Of a stretch of 64,000 bases of DNA, positions 63,774 through 64,000 are shown piece by piece. The number at the start of each line of letters is the position of its first letter. The first letter of the stretch is position 1. Origin of the DNA: Candidatus Latescibacterota bacterium (lineage in GTDB: Bacteria; Latescibacterota; UBA2968; GCA-2709665); the NCBI GenBank assembly GCA_965237675.1, contig OZ250150.1, positions 3,424,001 through 3,488,000 on the forward strand, read 5' to 3'. A program made the position numbers and the translations under genes. The notes beneath the pieces are model-generated. The model was not told the origin of the DNA. It saw only the letters and a list, made by a program, of their open reading frames with translations, and made no database searches.

Positions 63774-64000
63774 TATTGAAAACCGAAGGGCTGGTTCTGC
63801 GCGGCTATCGGATGAGCGAGAGTAGCAAGGTGGTGGTAATCTATACGCGTACCATGGGCAAGGTGCGGGTGGTTGCCCGGGGCGCCCGGCGCCCCGGGAG
63901 TAAATTCGGCGCCAGCGTGGAGCCGATGACCTGGGGAACTTACGTTTTCTATACCCGTGAAAACAGAGATTTGCAGACCCTGAGCGAGGGTGATATTCTG
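63770..64000 (+). CDS. recO: DNA repair protein RecO (partial, runs off the window)
   Basis: Manual translation MILKTEGLVLRGYRMSESSKVVVIYTRTMGKVRVVARGARRPGSKFGASVEP... Confidence 0.92.
   Translation, partial: MILKTEGLVLRGYRMSESSKVVVIYTRTMGKVRVVARGARRPGSKFGASVEPMTWGTYVFYTRENRDLQTLSEGDIL

Overview
A GC-rich bacterial chromosomal window. The lineage cannot be fixed without a search; the C-terminal dockerin/EF-hand-like tag, the TBDR-DUF4249 pair and the gene content suggest an uncultured FCB-group organism such as Latescibacterota (inference only). The left ~22 kb is accessory: a YhaN fragment, ABC exporters, OprB/TBDR uptake genes, a VapBC pair, a sarcosine-oxidase/dipeptidase cluster and several decaying genes. 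Core genes follow (nadA, trxA, holA, purM, folP, ftsH, tilS), then a complete rRNA operon (16S, tRNA-Ile, tRNA-Ala, 23S, 5S), an EF-G paralog and a long housekeeping run (yebC, ruvCAB, tsaB, rimI, holB, metG, tatD, rsmA, ilvE, proC, hisHF, proB, ftsB, recO). The main discovery is at 32016-35137 (-). The ORF track splits a secreted selenoprotein at an in-frame TGA; it has a UxxC redoxin domain, a SECIS-like hairpin, an Ig-like domain and a dockerin-like tail. It is co-operonic with a periplasmic TlpA and a DUF6029-like outer-membrane barrel whose only two Cys form a CxxxxC motif, suggesting a thiol/selenol redox relay across the outer membrane. Also notable: a plant-type glucuronokinase-like kinase paired with a degenerate GalU, a catalytically dead hydrolase lipoprotein, a promoter-terminator micro-unit, and unusual substitutions in conserved rRNA sites including the 23S A-loop. 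All family assignments come from motif recognition from memory; no database searches were run.
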